Shown: positions 1 to 11,302 of the stretch, piece after piece
Numbering within the stretch: the first letter of the stretch is position 1
How the letters are laid out: each line of letters opens with the position of its first letter
Assembly (NCBI GenBank): GCA_950097015.1
Contig: CATNEN010000033.1
Coordinates: forward strand, 4,030,001-4,094,000
From: Macrostomum hystrix
Lineage: Eukaryota > Animalia > Platyhelminthes
Length of the DNA: 64,000 nt
Reading direction: 5' to 3'
Position numbers and translations under genes: made by a program
The notes under the pieces: model-generated
Told to the model about the DNA's origin: nothing
Database searches by the model: none
Seen by the model: only the letters and a program-made list of their open reading frames with translations

Positions 1-206
1 CTCACGTTCTGATCTACTTCTCACCTTCTGATCCACTTCTCACCTTCTGATCCACTTCTCACGTTCTGATCTACTTCTCACCTTCTGATCCACTTCTCAC
101 CTTCTGATCCACTTCTCACCTGATCTACTTCTCACCTTCTGATCTACTTCTCACCTTCTGATCTACTTCTCACCTTCTGATCCACTTCTCACCTTCTGAT
201 CTACTT
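1..206. repeat. 19-bp intronic minisatellite (tgatctacttctcaccttc)n
   Basis: About 10 direct copies running into the polypyrimidine tract of the ATR acceptor. Confidence 0.95.
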
Positions 207-221
207 CTGCTTCTCCCTCAG

Positions 222-746
222 GGCCTGCTGTTCCCCGTGCCGGAGGTCGTGCCATTCCGGCTCACGCACAACATGATCGACGCCATGGGCGCCACCGGGG
301 TCGAGGGCGTCTTCCGGCGGGCCTGCGAGGCCACCCTCGGCCTCATGCGCCGCGAGGCCCGGCCTCTGGTGGCCGTCCTGAGGCCTCTGGCCTTCGACCC
401 CATCGTCGACTGGATGAAGCCGCGCCACCAGAACCTGGCCGGCGCCGAGCTGTCCTACCTGGATGGCCCGGCTGCTGCCGGAGCTGCCGGCGGATCTGCC
501 GAGGCCTCCAGCGAGGCGGCTGCGGCCGAGAAGCGCGCCTTGGAGAAGCTGCGCCGCATCGAGGAGCGGCTGGCGGGCGTGATGCGAACCCGGGACCTAC
601 TGCCGCACCAGGAGCTGCGCGCGGCCGGTCAGGAATTCACGCAGGCCTCGCTGTCCGTGCAGGGCCAGGTTGACTTCCTCATTAGGGAGGCCTGCAGCGT
701 CGAGCGTCTCTGCAGGATGTACATCGGCTGGCTGGCGTACTTGTAG
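222..746 (+). CDS. ATR: Last coding exon of ATR-type PI3K-related kinase (kinase C-lobe plus FATC); upstream exons lie outside the window
   Basis: Acceptor ttctccctcag ends at 221. The exon reads GLLFPVPEVVPFRLTHNMIDAMGATGVEGVFRRACEATL...LAFDPIVDW and ends with FATC-like LIREACSVERLCRMYIGWLAYL*, matching the ATR/Mec1 PIKK C-terminus. Confidence 0.9.
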   Translation, partial: GLLFPVPEVVPFRLTHNMIDAMGATGVEGVFRRACEATLGLMRREARPLVAVLRPLAFDPIVDWMKPRHQNLAGAELSYLDGPAAAGAAGGSAEASSEAAAAEKRALEKLRRIEERLAGVMRTRDLLPHQELRAAGQEFTQASLSVQGQVDFLIREACSVERLCRMYIGWLAYL

Positions 747-834
747 CTGCTGACTGAGTCTGGTTGTCAGATCCCAATGCCTTGCGTTTTTATATCCCAC
801 TTTTATTTAAATTAATCATCTCCAAACTGTGTTG

Positions 835-2625
835 ATCATGATTCCAAATCTTTAAGATCCATTTAGATCAGTTTAGATCCCAATTCCGAATCTTTAAGAT
901 CCCAATTCCGAATCTTTAAGATCCCAATTCTAAATCTTTTAGATCCCATTCAGATCAGTTTTGATCCCAATTCAAAATCTTTTAGATCCCATTCAGATCC
1001 GTTTAGATCCCAATTCCAGATCTTTAAGATCCCCTTCAGATCAGTTAAGATCCCAATTCTAAATCTTTTAGATCCCATTCAGATCAGTTTTGATCCCAAT
1101 TCAAAATCTTTAAGATCCCAATTCTGAATCTTTTAGATCCCATTCAGATCAGTTTTGATCCCAATTCAAAATCTTTAAGATCCCAATTCTGAATCTTTTA
1201 GATCCCAATTCTGAATCTTTTAGATCCCATTCAGATCAGTTTTGATCCCAATTCAAAATCTTTAAGATCCCAATTCTGAATCTTTTAGATCCCATTCAGA
1301 TCCGTTTAGATCCCAATTCCAGATCTTTAAGATCCCCTTCAGATCAGTTTAGATCCCAATTCTAAATCTTTTAGATCCCATTCAGATCAGTTTTGATCCC
1401 AATTCAAAATCTTTAAGATCCCAATTCTGAATCTTTTAGATCCCATTCAGATCCGTTTAGATCCCAATTCCAGATCTTTAAGATCCCCTTCAGATCAGTT
1501 TAGATCCCAATTCTAAATCTTTAAGATCCCAATTCAAAATCTTTAAGATCCCAATTCCGAATCTTTTAGATCCCATTCAGATCATTTTAGATCCCAATTC
1601 TAATCTTTAAGATCCCATTCAGATCCGTTTAGATCCCAATTCTAATCTTTAAGATCCCATTCAGATCCGTTTAGATCCCAATTCCAGATCTTTAAGATCC
1701 CCTTCAGATCAGTTTAGATCCCAATTCTAAATCTTTAAGATCCCAATTCAAAATCTTTAAGATCCCAATTCCGAATCTTTTAGATCCCATTCAGATCATT
1801 TTAGATCCCAATTCTAATCTTTAAGATCCCATTCAGATCCGTTTAGATCCCAATTCTAATCTTTAAGATCCCATTCAGATCCGTTTAGATCCCAATTCCA
1901 GATCTTTAAGATCCCCTTCAGATCAGTTTAGATCCCAATTCTAAATCTTTAAGATCCCATTCAGATCAGTTTTGATCCCAATTCAAAATCTTTAAGATCC
2001 CAATTCAAAATCTTTAAGATCCCAATTCCGAATCTTTTAGATCCCATTCAGATCATTTTAGATCCCAATTCTAATCTTTAAGATCCCATTCAGATCCGTT
2101 TAGATCCCAATTCTAATCTTTAAGATCCCATTCAGATCCGTTTAGATCCCAATTCCAGATCTTTAAGATCCCCTTCAGATCAGTTTAGATCCCAATTCTA
2201 AATCTTTAAGATCCCAATTCAAAATCTTTAAGATCCCAATTCCGAATCTTTTAGATCCCATTCAGATCATTTTAGATCCCAATTCTAATCTTTAAGATCC
2301 CATTCAGATCCGTTTAGATCCCAATTCTAATCTTTAAGATCCCATTCAGATCCGTTTAGATCCCAATTCCAGATCTTTAAGATCCCCTTCAGATCAGTTT
2401 AGATCCCAATTCTAAATCTTTAAGATCCCAATTCAAAATCTTTAAGATCCCAATTCCGAATCTTTTAGATCCCATTCAGATCATTTTAGATCCCAATTCT
2501 AATCTTTAAGATCCCATTCAGATCCGTTTAGATCCCAATTCTAATCTTTAAGATCCCATTCAGATCCGTTTAGATCCCAATTCCAGATCTTTAAGATCCC
2601 CTTCAGATCAGTTTAGATCCTAATT
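835..2625. repeat. Composite ~21-22-bp GATC-rich satellite with a 214-bp higher-order repeat
   Basis: Monomers of type agatcccaattcNaatctttWag and agatcccattcagatcNgttt. The marker attccagatctttaagatcccctt recurs at 1467, 1681, 1895, 2152, 2366 and 2580. Confidence 0.95.
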
Positions 2626-3017
2626 CCCAATGTTTTTGGTTCCCATCAGCCATCTCATGCTAATAACAAATTTTTCACTGTAAGATTCAACAGCTCAGAA
2701 TGCGTTGTCTCCCGGTCTGTTAGCTGAACGGCAAAGTTTTTTATTTTCACCTTCCCTGCGTTTCTTGGAGGCTCTAACAATATTTTTCCAAGAAATCATT
2801 TCAGAATTTAGCCCTATACCAGCAAATATTGTTTGTTTATTGGTTTTGTTGCTTTAATATAGAAAGCAATTTTGGGCTGCAACCTTTTGTCCTGTTCTTG
2901 TCCCAATGGACAGGTTGAAGGCTTATTCCAACGCTTGGTTCATTGTTGCTGTGATTCTTTTTATTGCGGGTTTAGGTGTGACCACAGTACTCACAGTTTA
3001 GTTCTAACTATTTGACT

Positions 3018-3282
3018 GTGGTGTTCTAACTGTTAGACTGGGTGTTCTAACTGTTAGACTGGGTGTTCTAACTGTTAGACTGGGTGTTCTAACTGTTAGA
3101 CTGGGTGTTCTAACTGTTAGACTGGGTGTTCTAACTGTTAGACTCCGGTGTTCTAACTGTTAGACTGTGTGTTCTAACTGTTAGACTCCGGTGTTCTAAC
3201 TGTTAGACTGTGTGTTCTAACTGTTAGACTCCGGTGTTCTAACTGTTAGACTGTGTGTTCTAACTGTTAGACTGTGTGTTCT
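3018..3282. repeat. 21-23-bp minisatellite (gtgttctaactgttagactgg)n
   Basis: About 12 direct copies. Confidence 0.95.
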
Positions 3283-3498
3283 ACATATTTTACTCTACTT
3301 CTGTACTCAAAGCTACTGTTTTCTCTGCTTCTAAACGGTCGCCTCACCTCCCTCTTGTTGCTACTGGCTGGCATGGCCAGCAGATCAGGTCTTTTGTTTC
3401 ACTATTCATATAGAGGCCATTTCCTCACTGGCTGCATCGGCATTATCAGCAACTAGAATTATTCTTGGCCATCTCAAAATTCCCTCACTCCCATAGAA

Positions 3499-4224
3499 AT
3501 GCTGCTGCTGCTGCTGCTGCTGCCACCCCTAGGAGTGATCTGCAACAGGCCTGAGCCGCAGTACACGGCTGTGACAGTTCGCCTGTGCCTCCGGCCCGAG
3601 TTCATGTTGGACCTGGGAACCCACAGCCAGCGGCTCTGCGCCTTCGCCTGCGACAGTCGCGGTGCCGACTGCCAGGGCTTCTGGATGCCCGGCAGCGCCC
3701 GCTGCCAGCTCTTTCTATTCAACAAGTGCAGCCACATGGCCAACAGAGCTGACGGGCAGTGCCAGACGGTGCAGGCCTTCGTCAGAAAGCAGGCTGGACT
3801 GCCCGACGGCCAGCTGTGCCCCGGCGGCTATGCGAGCAGGCACGGCAGCTCCGTGTACAAGATGCTGCCAGTCAGCAACTGGGCTGACGCCCTGGCAAAG
3901 TGCAGCGCCGAGCCGGGCCTCACAAAGTTCGCCGACGCCATGGACAGAAACGAGAGCGTCCACTTTCACTGGATTAAGATTGCCATCAACTCAGATACAA
4001 CCTTCTTCGTTGGCGGCTACCTGCTGGACAGCGTCTGGCTCTGGAAGGCCTGCAACGCCCCCTTGCTGGCCCAGGTGTGGGAGCCCGGCCAGCCAGATAG
4101 CGGCAACAATCGAGTCAGCATCTGGACTAGCGCCAACAATCAGCACTTCGGGGTCAACGATCTGCCTGAAAACCAGCCCGGTGTCACCACTGGACTGTGC
4201 GAGTGTGTGAACCCCTTCGACTGA
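3499..4224 (+). CDS. Intronless secreted protein, 241 aa: signal peptide, PAN/apple-like Cys domain, C-type lectin-like domain
   Basis: Hydrophobic N-terminus [35 protein letters not shown] fits the PAN Cys pattern. The CTLD motifs are NWADALAKC, FFVGG, WLW, WEPGQPD, GVND and GLCEC. GC-rich coding-like codon usage. Confidence 0.7.
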   Translation: MLLLLLLLPPLGVICNRPEPQYTAVTVRLCLRPEFMLDLGTHSQRLCAFACDSRGADCQGFWMPGSARCQLFLFNKCSHMANRADGQCQTVQAFVRKQAGLPDGQLCPGGYASRHGSSVYKMLPVSNWADALAKCSAEPGLTKFADAMDRNESVHFHWIKIAINSDTTFFVGGYLLDSVWLWKACNAPLLAQVWEPGQPDSGNNRVSIWTSANNQHFGVNDLPENQPGVTTGLCECVNPFD

Positions 4225-4242
4225 GTGCTGAGGCTCCAGGCT

Positions 4243-4745
4243 GATAGATGCGCCTTGTAGATCTGAGAGTTATAGATGCGCCTTGTAGATCTGAGAGTTA
4301 TAGATGCGCCTTGTAGATCTGAGAGCTAAAGATGCGCCTTGTAGATCTGAGAGTTATTGATGTACTTTTTAGATCTGAGAGTTATTGATGTACTTTTTAG
4401 ATCTGTGAGTTATTGATTTACTTTTTAGATCTGAGAGTTATAGATGTGCCTTGTAGATCTGAGAGTTATAGATGCGCCTTGTAGATCTGAGAGTTATAGA
4501 TGCGCCTTGTAGATCTGAGAGTTATAGATGCGCCTTGTAGATCTGAGAGTTATAGATGCGCCTTGTAGATCTGAGAGCTAAAGATGCGCCTTGTAGATCT
4601 GAGAGTTATAGATGCGCCTTGTAGATCTGAGAGCTAAAGATGCGCCTTGTAGATCTGAGAGTTATTGATGTACTTTTTAGATCTGAGAGTTATTGATGTA
4701 CTTTTTAGATCTGAGAGTTATAGATGTGTCTTGTAGATCTGAGGG
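4243..4745. repeat. 28-bp minisatellite (tagatgcgccttgtagatctgagagtta)n
   Basis: Direct copies with a second variant (ttattgatgtactttttagatctgagag). Confidence 0.95.
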
Positions 4746-4825
4746 TTAAAGATGTAACTAATATACTTTGTATATGCTTCTTATAGTCATGAACATTATT
4801 ATAAATTATCTAATTGACTATAAAT

Positions 4826-5400
4826 GATCTCTCAGGAATAGATATGAGGATCATAGATCTCTCGAGAATAGATCTGAGGATCATAGATCTCTCGGGAATA
4901 GATCTGAGGATCATAGATCTCTCGAGAATAGATCTGAGGATCATAGATCTCTCGGGAATAGATCTGAGGATCATAGATCTCTCGAGAATAGATCTGAGGA
5001 TCATAGATCTCTCGGGAATAGATCTGAGGATCATAGATCTCTCGGGAATAGATCTGAGGATCATAGATCTCTCGGGAATAGATCTGAGGATCATAGATCT
5101 CTCAGGAATAGATATGAGAATCATAGATCTCTCGGGAATAGATCTGAGGATCGTAGATCTCTCGGGAATAGATCTGAGGATCATAGATCTCTCGGGAATA
5201 GATCTGAGGATCGTAGATCTCTCGGGAATAGATCTGAGGATCATAGATCTCTCGGGAATAGATCTGAGGATCGTAGATCTCTCGGGAATAGATCTGAGGA
5301 TCATAGATCTCTCGGGAATAGATCTGAGAATCAAAGATCTCTCGGGAATAGATCTGAGGATCATAGATCTCTCGGGAATAGATCTGAGAATCAAAGATCT
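4826..5400. repeat. 30-bp minisatellite (atagatctctcgggaatagatctgaggatc)n
   Basis: About 19 copies; explains ORFs 4810..5394 and 4814..5443. Confidence 0.95.
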
Positions 5401-5794
5401 TGGGAATCGAGTATGTTATTTTGCCTTGCGAATCCTAAATTAATGAAAAGCTTTAGTGAAACAGCCCCGGTAGACAAATTCATCAGCGCATTAGCAAAAT
5501 TAATTTCAGTTTGAGCTCATCATGGCCTGAGTGGTTATGAATAAATTAGCTTAGCACTGTGGCTAGATCAAGTACAGTGCAGCAGCAGCCTAACCTGTTC
5601 TGTCCAGTTTATTGTCTTTACCCTCTCCGCGGAGGGACCCTCCAAGCGCACAGTACACTGTAGTTTAGGTGGGGTTATCACACAGAAATGCAGGCACACA
5701 GGCAAGCCAGGCAAGTCTTGTCTGTTTAAAGCGGCAAAAAACTTCTATTAAATTCTGTTTCATTTCTGCCCACGCGAGAGTGAGATCTGCAGAC

Positions 5795-8700
5795 ATGAAC
5801 GTGGTCGGAACGTTGCTTAGCAAGGTGGGCGGCTACTGGAACCCCAGCACACTGTCCGGCGCCATCGATGTGCTTGTGGTGGAGCAGCCAGATGGCAGCC
5901 TGCTGGGCAGCCCGTTTCACGCCAGGTTCGGCAAGAGGGGCGTCCTGCGGCCCCGGGACAACGCCGTGAGGACAGACTGGACTATATGGGAATCTAACTA
6001 GTTCGGAAACGTTTAACTTGGTTGATTGTCTAGCCATAGACTAAGGGAGGTCAGTCTATTAGGCTAGCGGAGGTCAGTCTATTAGCCTACAGGGGAGGTC
6101 AGTCTGTTAGGCTAGCGGAGGTCAGTCTATTAGGCTAGCGGAGGTCAGTCTATTAGGCTAGCGGAGGTCAGTCTATTAGGCTAGCGGAGGTCAGTCCATT
6201 AGGCTAGCGGAGGTCAGTCTATTAGCCTACAGGGGAGGTCAGTCTGTTAGGCTAGCGGAGGTCAGTCTATTAGGCTAGCGGAGATCAGTCTATTAGCCTA
6301 CAGGGGAGGTCAGTCTGTTAGGCTAGCGGAGGTCAGTCCATTAGGCTAGCGGAGGTCAGTCTATTAGCCTACAGGGGAGGTCAGTCTGTTAGGCTAGCGG
6401 AGGTCAGTCTATCAACCTACAGGGGAGGTCAGTCTGTTAGCCTACAGGGGATCAACCTGTTAGCCTACAGGGGTCAAGCTGTTCGCCTACAGGAGTCAAG
6501 CTGTTAGCCTACAGGAGTCAAGCTGTTAGCCTACAGGGGTCAAGCTGTTAGCCTACAGGGGTCAAGCTGTTAGCCTACAAGAGTCAAGCTGTTCGCCTAC
6601 AGGAGTCAAGCTGTTAGCCTACAGGAGTCAAGCTGTTAGCCTACAGGAGTCAAGCTGTTAGCCTACAGGAGTCAAGCTGTTAGCCTACAGGAGTCAAGCT
6701 GTTAGCCTACAGGGGTCAAGCTGTTAGCCTACAGGAGTCAAGCTGTTAGCCTACAGGGGTCAAGCTGTTAGCCTACAGGAGTCAAGCTGTTAGCCTACAG
6801 GGGTCAAGCTGTTAGCCTACAGAGGTCAAGCTGTTAGCCTACAGGAGTCAAGCTGTTAGCCTACAGGAGTCAAGCTGTTAGCCTACAGGAGTCAAGCTGT
6901 TAGCCTACAGGAGTCAAGCTGTTAGCCTACAGGGGTCAAGCTGTTAGCCTACAGGGGTCAAGCTGTTAGCCTACAGGGGTCAAGCTGTTAGCCTACAGGG
7001 GTCAAGCTGTTAGCCTACAGGGGTCAAGCTGTTAGCCTACAGGGGTCAAGCTGTTAGCCTACAGGAGTCAAGCTGTTAGCCTACAGGGGTCAAGCTGTTA
7101 GCCTACAAGAGACAAGCTGTTAGCCTACAGGAGTCAAGCTGTTAGCCTACAGGAGTCAAGCTGTTAGCCTACAGGGGTCAAGCTGTTAGCCTACAGGGGT
7201 CAAGCTGTTAGCCTACAGGAGTCAAGCTGTTAGCCTACAGGAGTCAAGCTGTTAGCCTACAGGGGTCAAGCTGTTAGCCTACAGGGGTCAAGCTGTTAGC
7301 CTACAGGAGTCAAGCTGTTAGCCTACAGGGGTCAAGCTGTTAGCTATCACAGCCCGACAATCCCGCAATGCCAGGTGGAACTGTTCGTGAACAATGAGCC
7401 GGTCTCCGGTCTGTCGGCTCGCCTCGGTTCAGCCGGAGAAGTGATATTCAACAGTCAGCCCTTGCCGCCCGCTCCAACTGACTCTTCTGAGCTTCTGGCC
7501 ATAGACTATGACGAATGGGTGCACATCTCGACTGAGTCGGTTGGGGAGGCAGCCGCTCTGGGCACAATAGACTCCGGACACTTCAGCGAGCCGGACTCCG
7601 CGGGAGCCGCCGGAGGCCGCCCGGCTGGCCGGTCCCGCTGGTTCGATTGGCGCTGGGGTCGCCTGCCCAGACAGCCGCCGCCACCGGCTGCCTCGACGTC
7701 ATCACTGCTATCTGTGTCAACGCCAGCGTCACCTTCGGCTTCCAGCTCGTCTCTGAAGTCCCAGGATGATGCCATCAGCTGCTTCGATGCTGATGGTGCG
7801 AATCTACTCATTGACCACCTCCCTGAAATTCTCACTGACCTCCCCTGACATCCCCACTGACCTCCCCTGATATTCTCACTGACCTACACTGACATCCCCA
7901 CTGACCTCCCCTGACATGAATCCTAACTCGGACTCCGTCAAAGCACGCGTAAAGCCCTACATCGCGCATCCCTAATTCAGCAGGCAAGCAAAGCGGCTCA
8001 GTTCGGCTCAGCTCAGAGCAGCTCGGCCGGCTCAGACTCCGCCCAGGGCACAACACCCTGCGCTACGAAGTGACCACCAAGTACCAGGGCACCGCCTGCT
8101 GCGCCTGCTCCGTGTTCCTCTGGCGGCACGACGACCGAATCGTCATCTCCGACATCGATGGCACTATCACCCGGTCGGACTTGCTGGGACAGCTGCTGCC
8201 CATGGTGGGCAAGGACTGGATACAGCCCACTGTGGCCCGCCTGTTCTCAGCAGTCAGCCGCAACGGCTACAAATTCTTGTTCCTGTCCTCCAGGGGCCTG
8301 GGCCAGTCAGATGCTACCAGAAAGTTTTTGGACGGCATCAAACAGGAAGAACTGCAGCTGCCCGAGGGCCCCGTGCTGCTGTCCCCGGCGACCCTCCTGG
8401 CCGCCTTCCACCGTGAGGTCATCGCCAGACGGCCGCAGGACTTCAAGGTGGGGATCTGAGGATCTGAGGTGATGCTACGAAGGGATGTTTGGAGAAGGAT
8501 CTGGGGATCAGGGATGGCTGGAGAAGGATCTGGGGATCAGGGATTGTTGGAGAAGGATCTGGGGATCAGGGATGGTTTGGGAAGGATCTGGGGATCATGG
8601 ATGGCTTAAGAAGGATCTGGGGATCAGGGATGGTTTAAGAAGGATCTGGGGATCAGGGATGGTTTGAGAAGGATCTGGGGATCAGGGGAATCATGTGACG

Positions 8701-9188
8701 GGGAATTTAAGCTTGTACGTCGAAAAGCTTTAATCAGAGACCATCCCCCGTTTCAGATCTCATGCCTTAGCGACATTCGCGCCCTCTTCCGGGCGTCCGC
8801 ACCTGGCAGCCCGTTCTGGGCCGGTTTCGGCAATCGGGCAACCGACGCAGACACCTATGCCTTCGTTGGCATCCCGCCGGAGCGCTGCTTCACCGTCAAC
8901 TCGCGCGGCCAACTGCTCGGCGGCAGCCGCTGCCACCCCGACAGCAAATGCGGTTTGGCGACCTCCTACCAGGCGCTAGTCGACATGGTCGATCATATCT
9001 TTCCAGCGAGGCCTTGGTCAAATATATTAGAGATGGGAGAATATGGGAAAGCGGATGTGTACTCTGATGCCACTTCTGATGCGATCGCGGATGTGGTGGA
9101 CAGCCCCATCGATGCTGCCAAAAGGCGGCGGCGCTCTTCATCAACGCTGCAAGCTGTCTGCATCAGCGAAGTCAACTTCTATGCATAG
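5795..9188 (+). CDS. LPIN: Lipin / phosphatidate phosphatase (N-LIP plus HAD-like LNS2 domain), ~496 aa, 4 exons
   Basis: Exons 5795-5965, 7375-7795, 7981-8447 and 8757-9188 join in frame through GT-AG introns. N-LIP: [29 protein letters not shown]|VELFVN. Catalytic [12 protein letters not shown]; [15 protein letters not shown]; FWAGFGNR..D. Confidence 0.92.
6047..7346. repeat. Lipin intron 1: 23-24-bp array (ggaggtcagtctattaggctagc) grading into a 22-bp array (ctgttagcctacaggagtcaag)
   Basis: Direct copies fill nearly the whole intron. Confidence 0.95.
8450..8690. repeat. 30-bp array (agaaggatctggggatcagggatggtttga)n in lipin intron 3
   Basis: About 7 degenerate copies starting right after the donor. 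Confidence 0.9.
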
Positions 9189-9793
9189 CAAAACTTCTAT
9201 GCTTTTTGTGACTCAGCTGTTGTCCGGTTCACACCTTAATTAAAGGGATCTATGATACCTGTGATGCTGATAGCTGTGTGTAAATAAAATACCTATTAAA
9301 AATATTTAAAATAAAATGAAATGAGCTCAAATTCTCAAAAAATTGATTAATTATTTTTAACCACACATGATTCTTCTTTTGCAAGAAATTAGTTATTGTA
9401 ATGCACATTGCACACAAACAAACTTTATTTTTATACAAAGATATACACAAAATTATAGTTCTTTCTTGTGGATTTAGACATAGAACCGGAGGTTGGGGTG
9501 GGTGAGCTGGGGGCAGGGAATCGGAGGATGGGGTGGGTGAGCTGGGGGCAGGGAATCGGAGCATGGGGTGGGTGAGCTGGGGGCAGGAATCGGAGGATGG
9601 TGTGGGAGAGCTGGGGGCAGGGAAGAAAAATTTAAAAGAAAGAAAAAGAAAAAGAAAGAAAAGAAAAGAAAAAGAAAGAAAGAAAAAAAAGAAAAAAGGC
9701 TTCGGGAGAAAATAATCGCAGCAAATCGCGCTATATATAATTATAGGCAATGTGAGGAGTTTGAGCTGTATCGTGAAGCCATCGATACAGCCC

Positions 9794-11302
9794 TCAAGCC
9801 TGACTTTTGGCCTCTCCCGGGGCTGGTCGGAACGCGCCCGTGACATCGGGCACGGCACCCCGAATTATGAGCTCCCGGAGGATGTTGGCAATATTGCGCA
9901 CATCGTCAATGCCCGAATGATGCCGGCCTTCGTGCTTTAGGTTGAGCAGCCGGAGCATCTCCATCATGTCCTGCCGGGGGTACCGCCCGATAACGTTGCT
10001 AAACACTCGCTTGATATTGATCCAGCGGGTCATGTACAGCGGCAAAGGGATGTTGAAGAAGGCGCACTGGCTGGGCAGCCTGGGTGTTGGGAGCAGGAAT
10101 AGCATGCATGGATTCTGATTGCTCAGACAACTAAATGCGCTCCCATCGTTCAGGTCGGCCAACAGGCCTCCGATTCTTCAGGTCAAAAAACCACCCTCCG
10201 ATTCTTCAGGCCAATCAACCACCCTCCGATTCTTCAGGCCGATCAACCACCCTCCGATTCTTTAGGCCGATCAACCACCCTCCGATTCTTCAGGCCAATC
10301 AACAACCCTTCGATTCTTCAGGCCAAACAACCCCTCCGATTCTTCAGGCCAAACAACCACCCTCCGATTCTTCAGGCCAAACAACCACCCTCCGATTCTT
10401 CAGGCCAAACAACCACCCACCGATTCTTCAGGCCAATCAACCACCCTCCGATTCTTCAGGCCAATCAACCACCCTCCGATTCTTCAGGCCAAACAACCAA
10501 CCTCCGATTCTTCAGGCCAAACAACCACCCTCCGATTCTTTAGGCCAAACAACCACCCTCCGATTCTTCAGGCCAAACAACCACCTTCCGATTCTTCAGG
10601 CCAAACATATTTCTCCTGCGTTGACCTTTTGTATGTCACTGTGCGCAGCCATCTGAACAAGTAATACTCACATAACATTCAGATCCCAGTCTCCACAAGT
10701 GACGAATGCCGAGGTCACATTGGGTTCAAGCAGGCTCTCTTGCCTCATCCAGGCGTGAAAGTCCTGAATTATTATTTAACACAAAGACTTTAATAACTGA
10801 TCGTCTAAGGAAATAATGCCTTGAAATTCAAGTTAAAAGACCTCAACTTCACCTGCAGCACCTCCTCCAGGTGTGGCTGGTTGTCCACCATCTCTTGAAT
10901 GATGCCTGTTAGCTGTGGGGATTTGAGCATTAAATTAAACACTGACTAGTACTGTTGCCATGAGTTTTCGATTCGAGCATTCAAGCAATGTTGTCTAGCT
11001 ACCTTTGTACAGAAGCTAGTCAGTTCCTTGTTCACCCTGGGCTGAACATATTTGTGAAAAACACTTTCAGTAGCCAGAGTCTTTGCATTGACCTTCAGCA
11101 CCGGAAATTCAATAATCTCTTGGGGATGTATTTTGGCGCCTTCCTTGCAGGTTGCTTCAAAATCCAGGACAAGAAAGTAGTCAAACTTCTGCGTTGGAAT
11201 CAGGCTGGTTGCATCAAATTTGAAGCCAGATTTAGTGGCAGCAGAAGCCATTGGTGAAATTAGTTTTGCTGCCTGTCCAAGTCTGCAGCCAGCTGCGAAC
11301 AT
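9794..11302 (-). CDS. ERI3: ERI1-family DEDDh 3'-5' exoribonuclease (ERI3-like), 4 exons
   Basis: Exons 11302-11003, 10912-10853, 10763-10672 and 10079-9794 join in frame. Motifs FLVLDFEATC..QEIIEFP, SFCTK|LTGIIQEMVD, FVTCGDWDL and GRHHSGIDDVRNIA. The start could alternatively be M at 11251. Confidence 0.88.
10165..10606. repeat. 28-bp array (ccaccctccgattcttcaggccaaacaa)n in ERI3 intron 3
   Basis: About 15 copies; explains ORF 10135..10656. Confidence 0.95.

Noticed and set aside
4810-5443. ORFs resembling leucine-rich or pentapeptide repeats (IIDLSGIDLR)
   Set aside because: Pure 30-bp tandem repeat, open on both strands.
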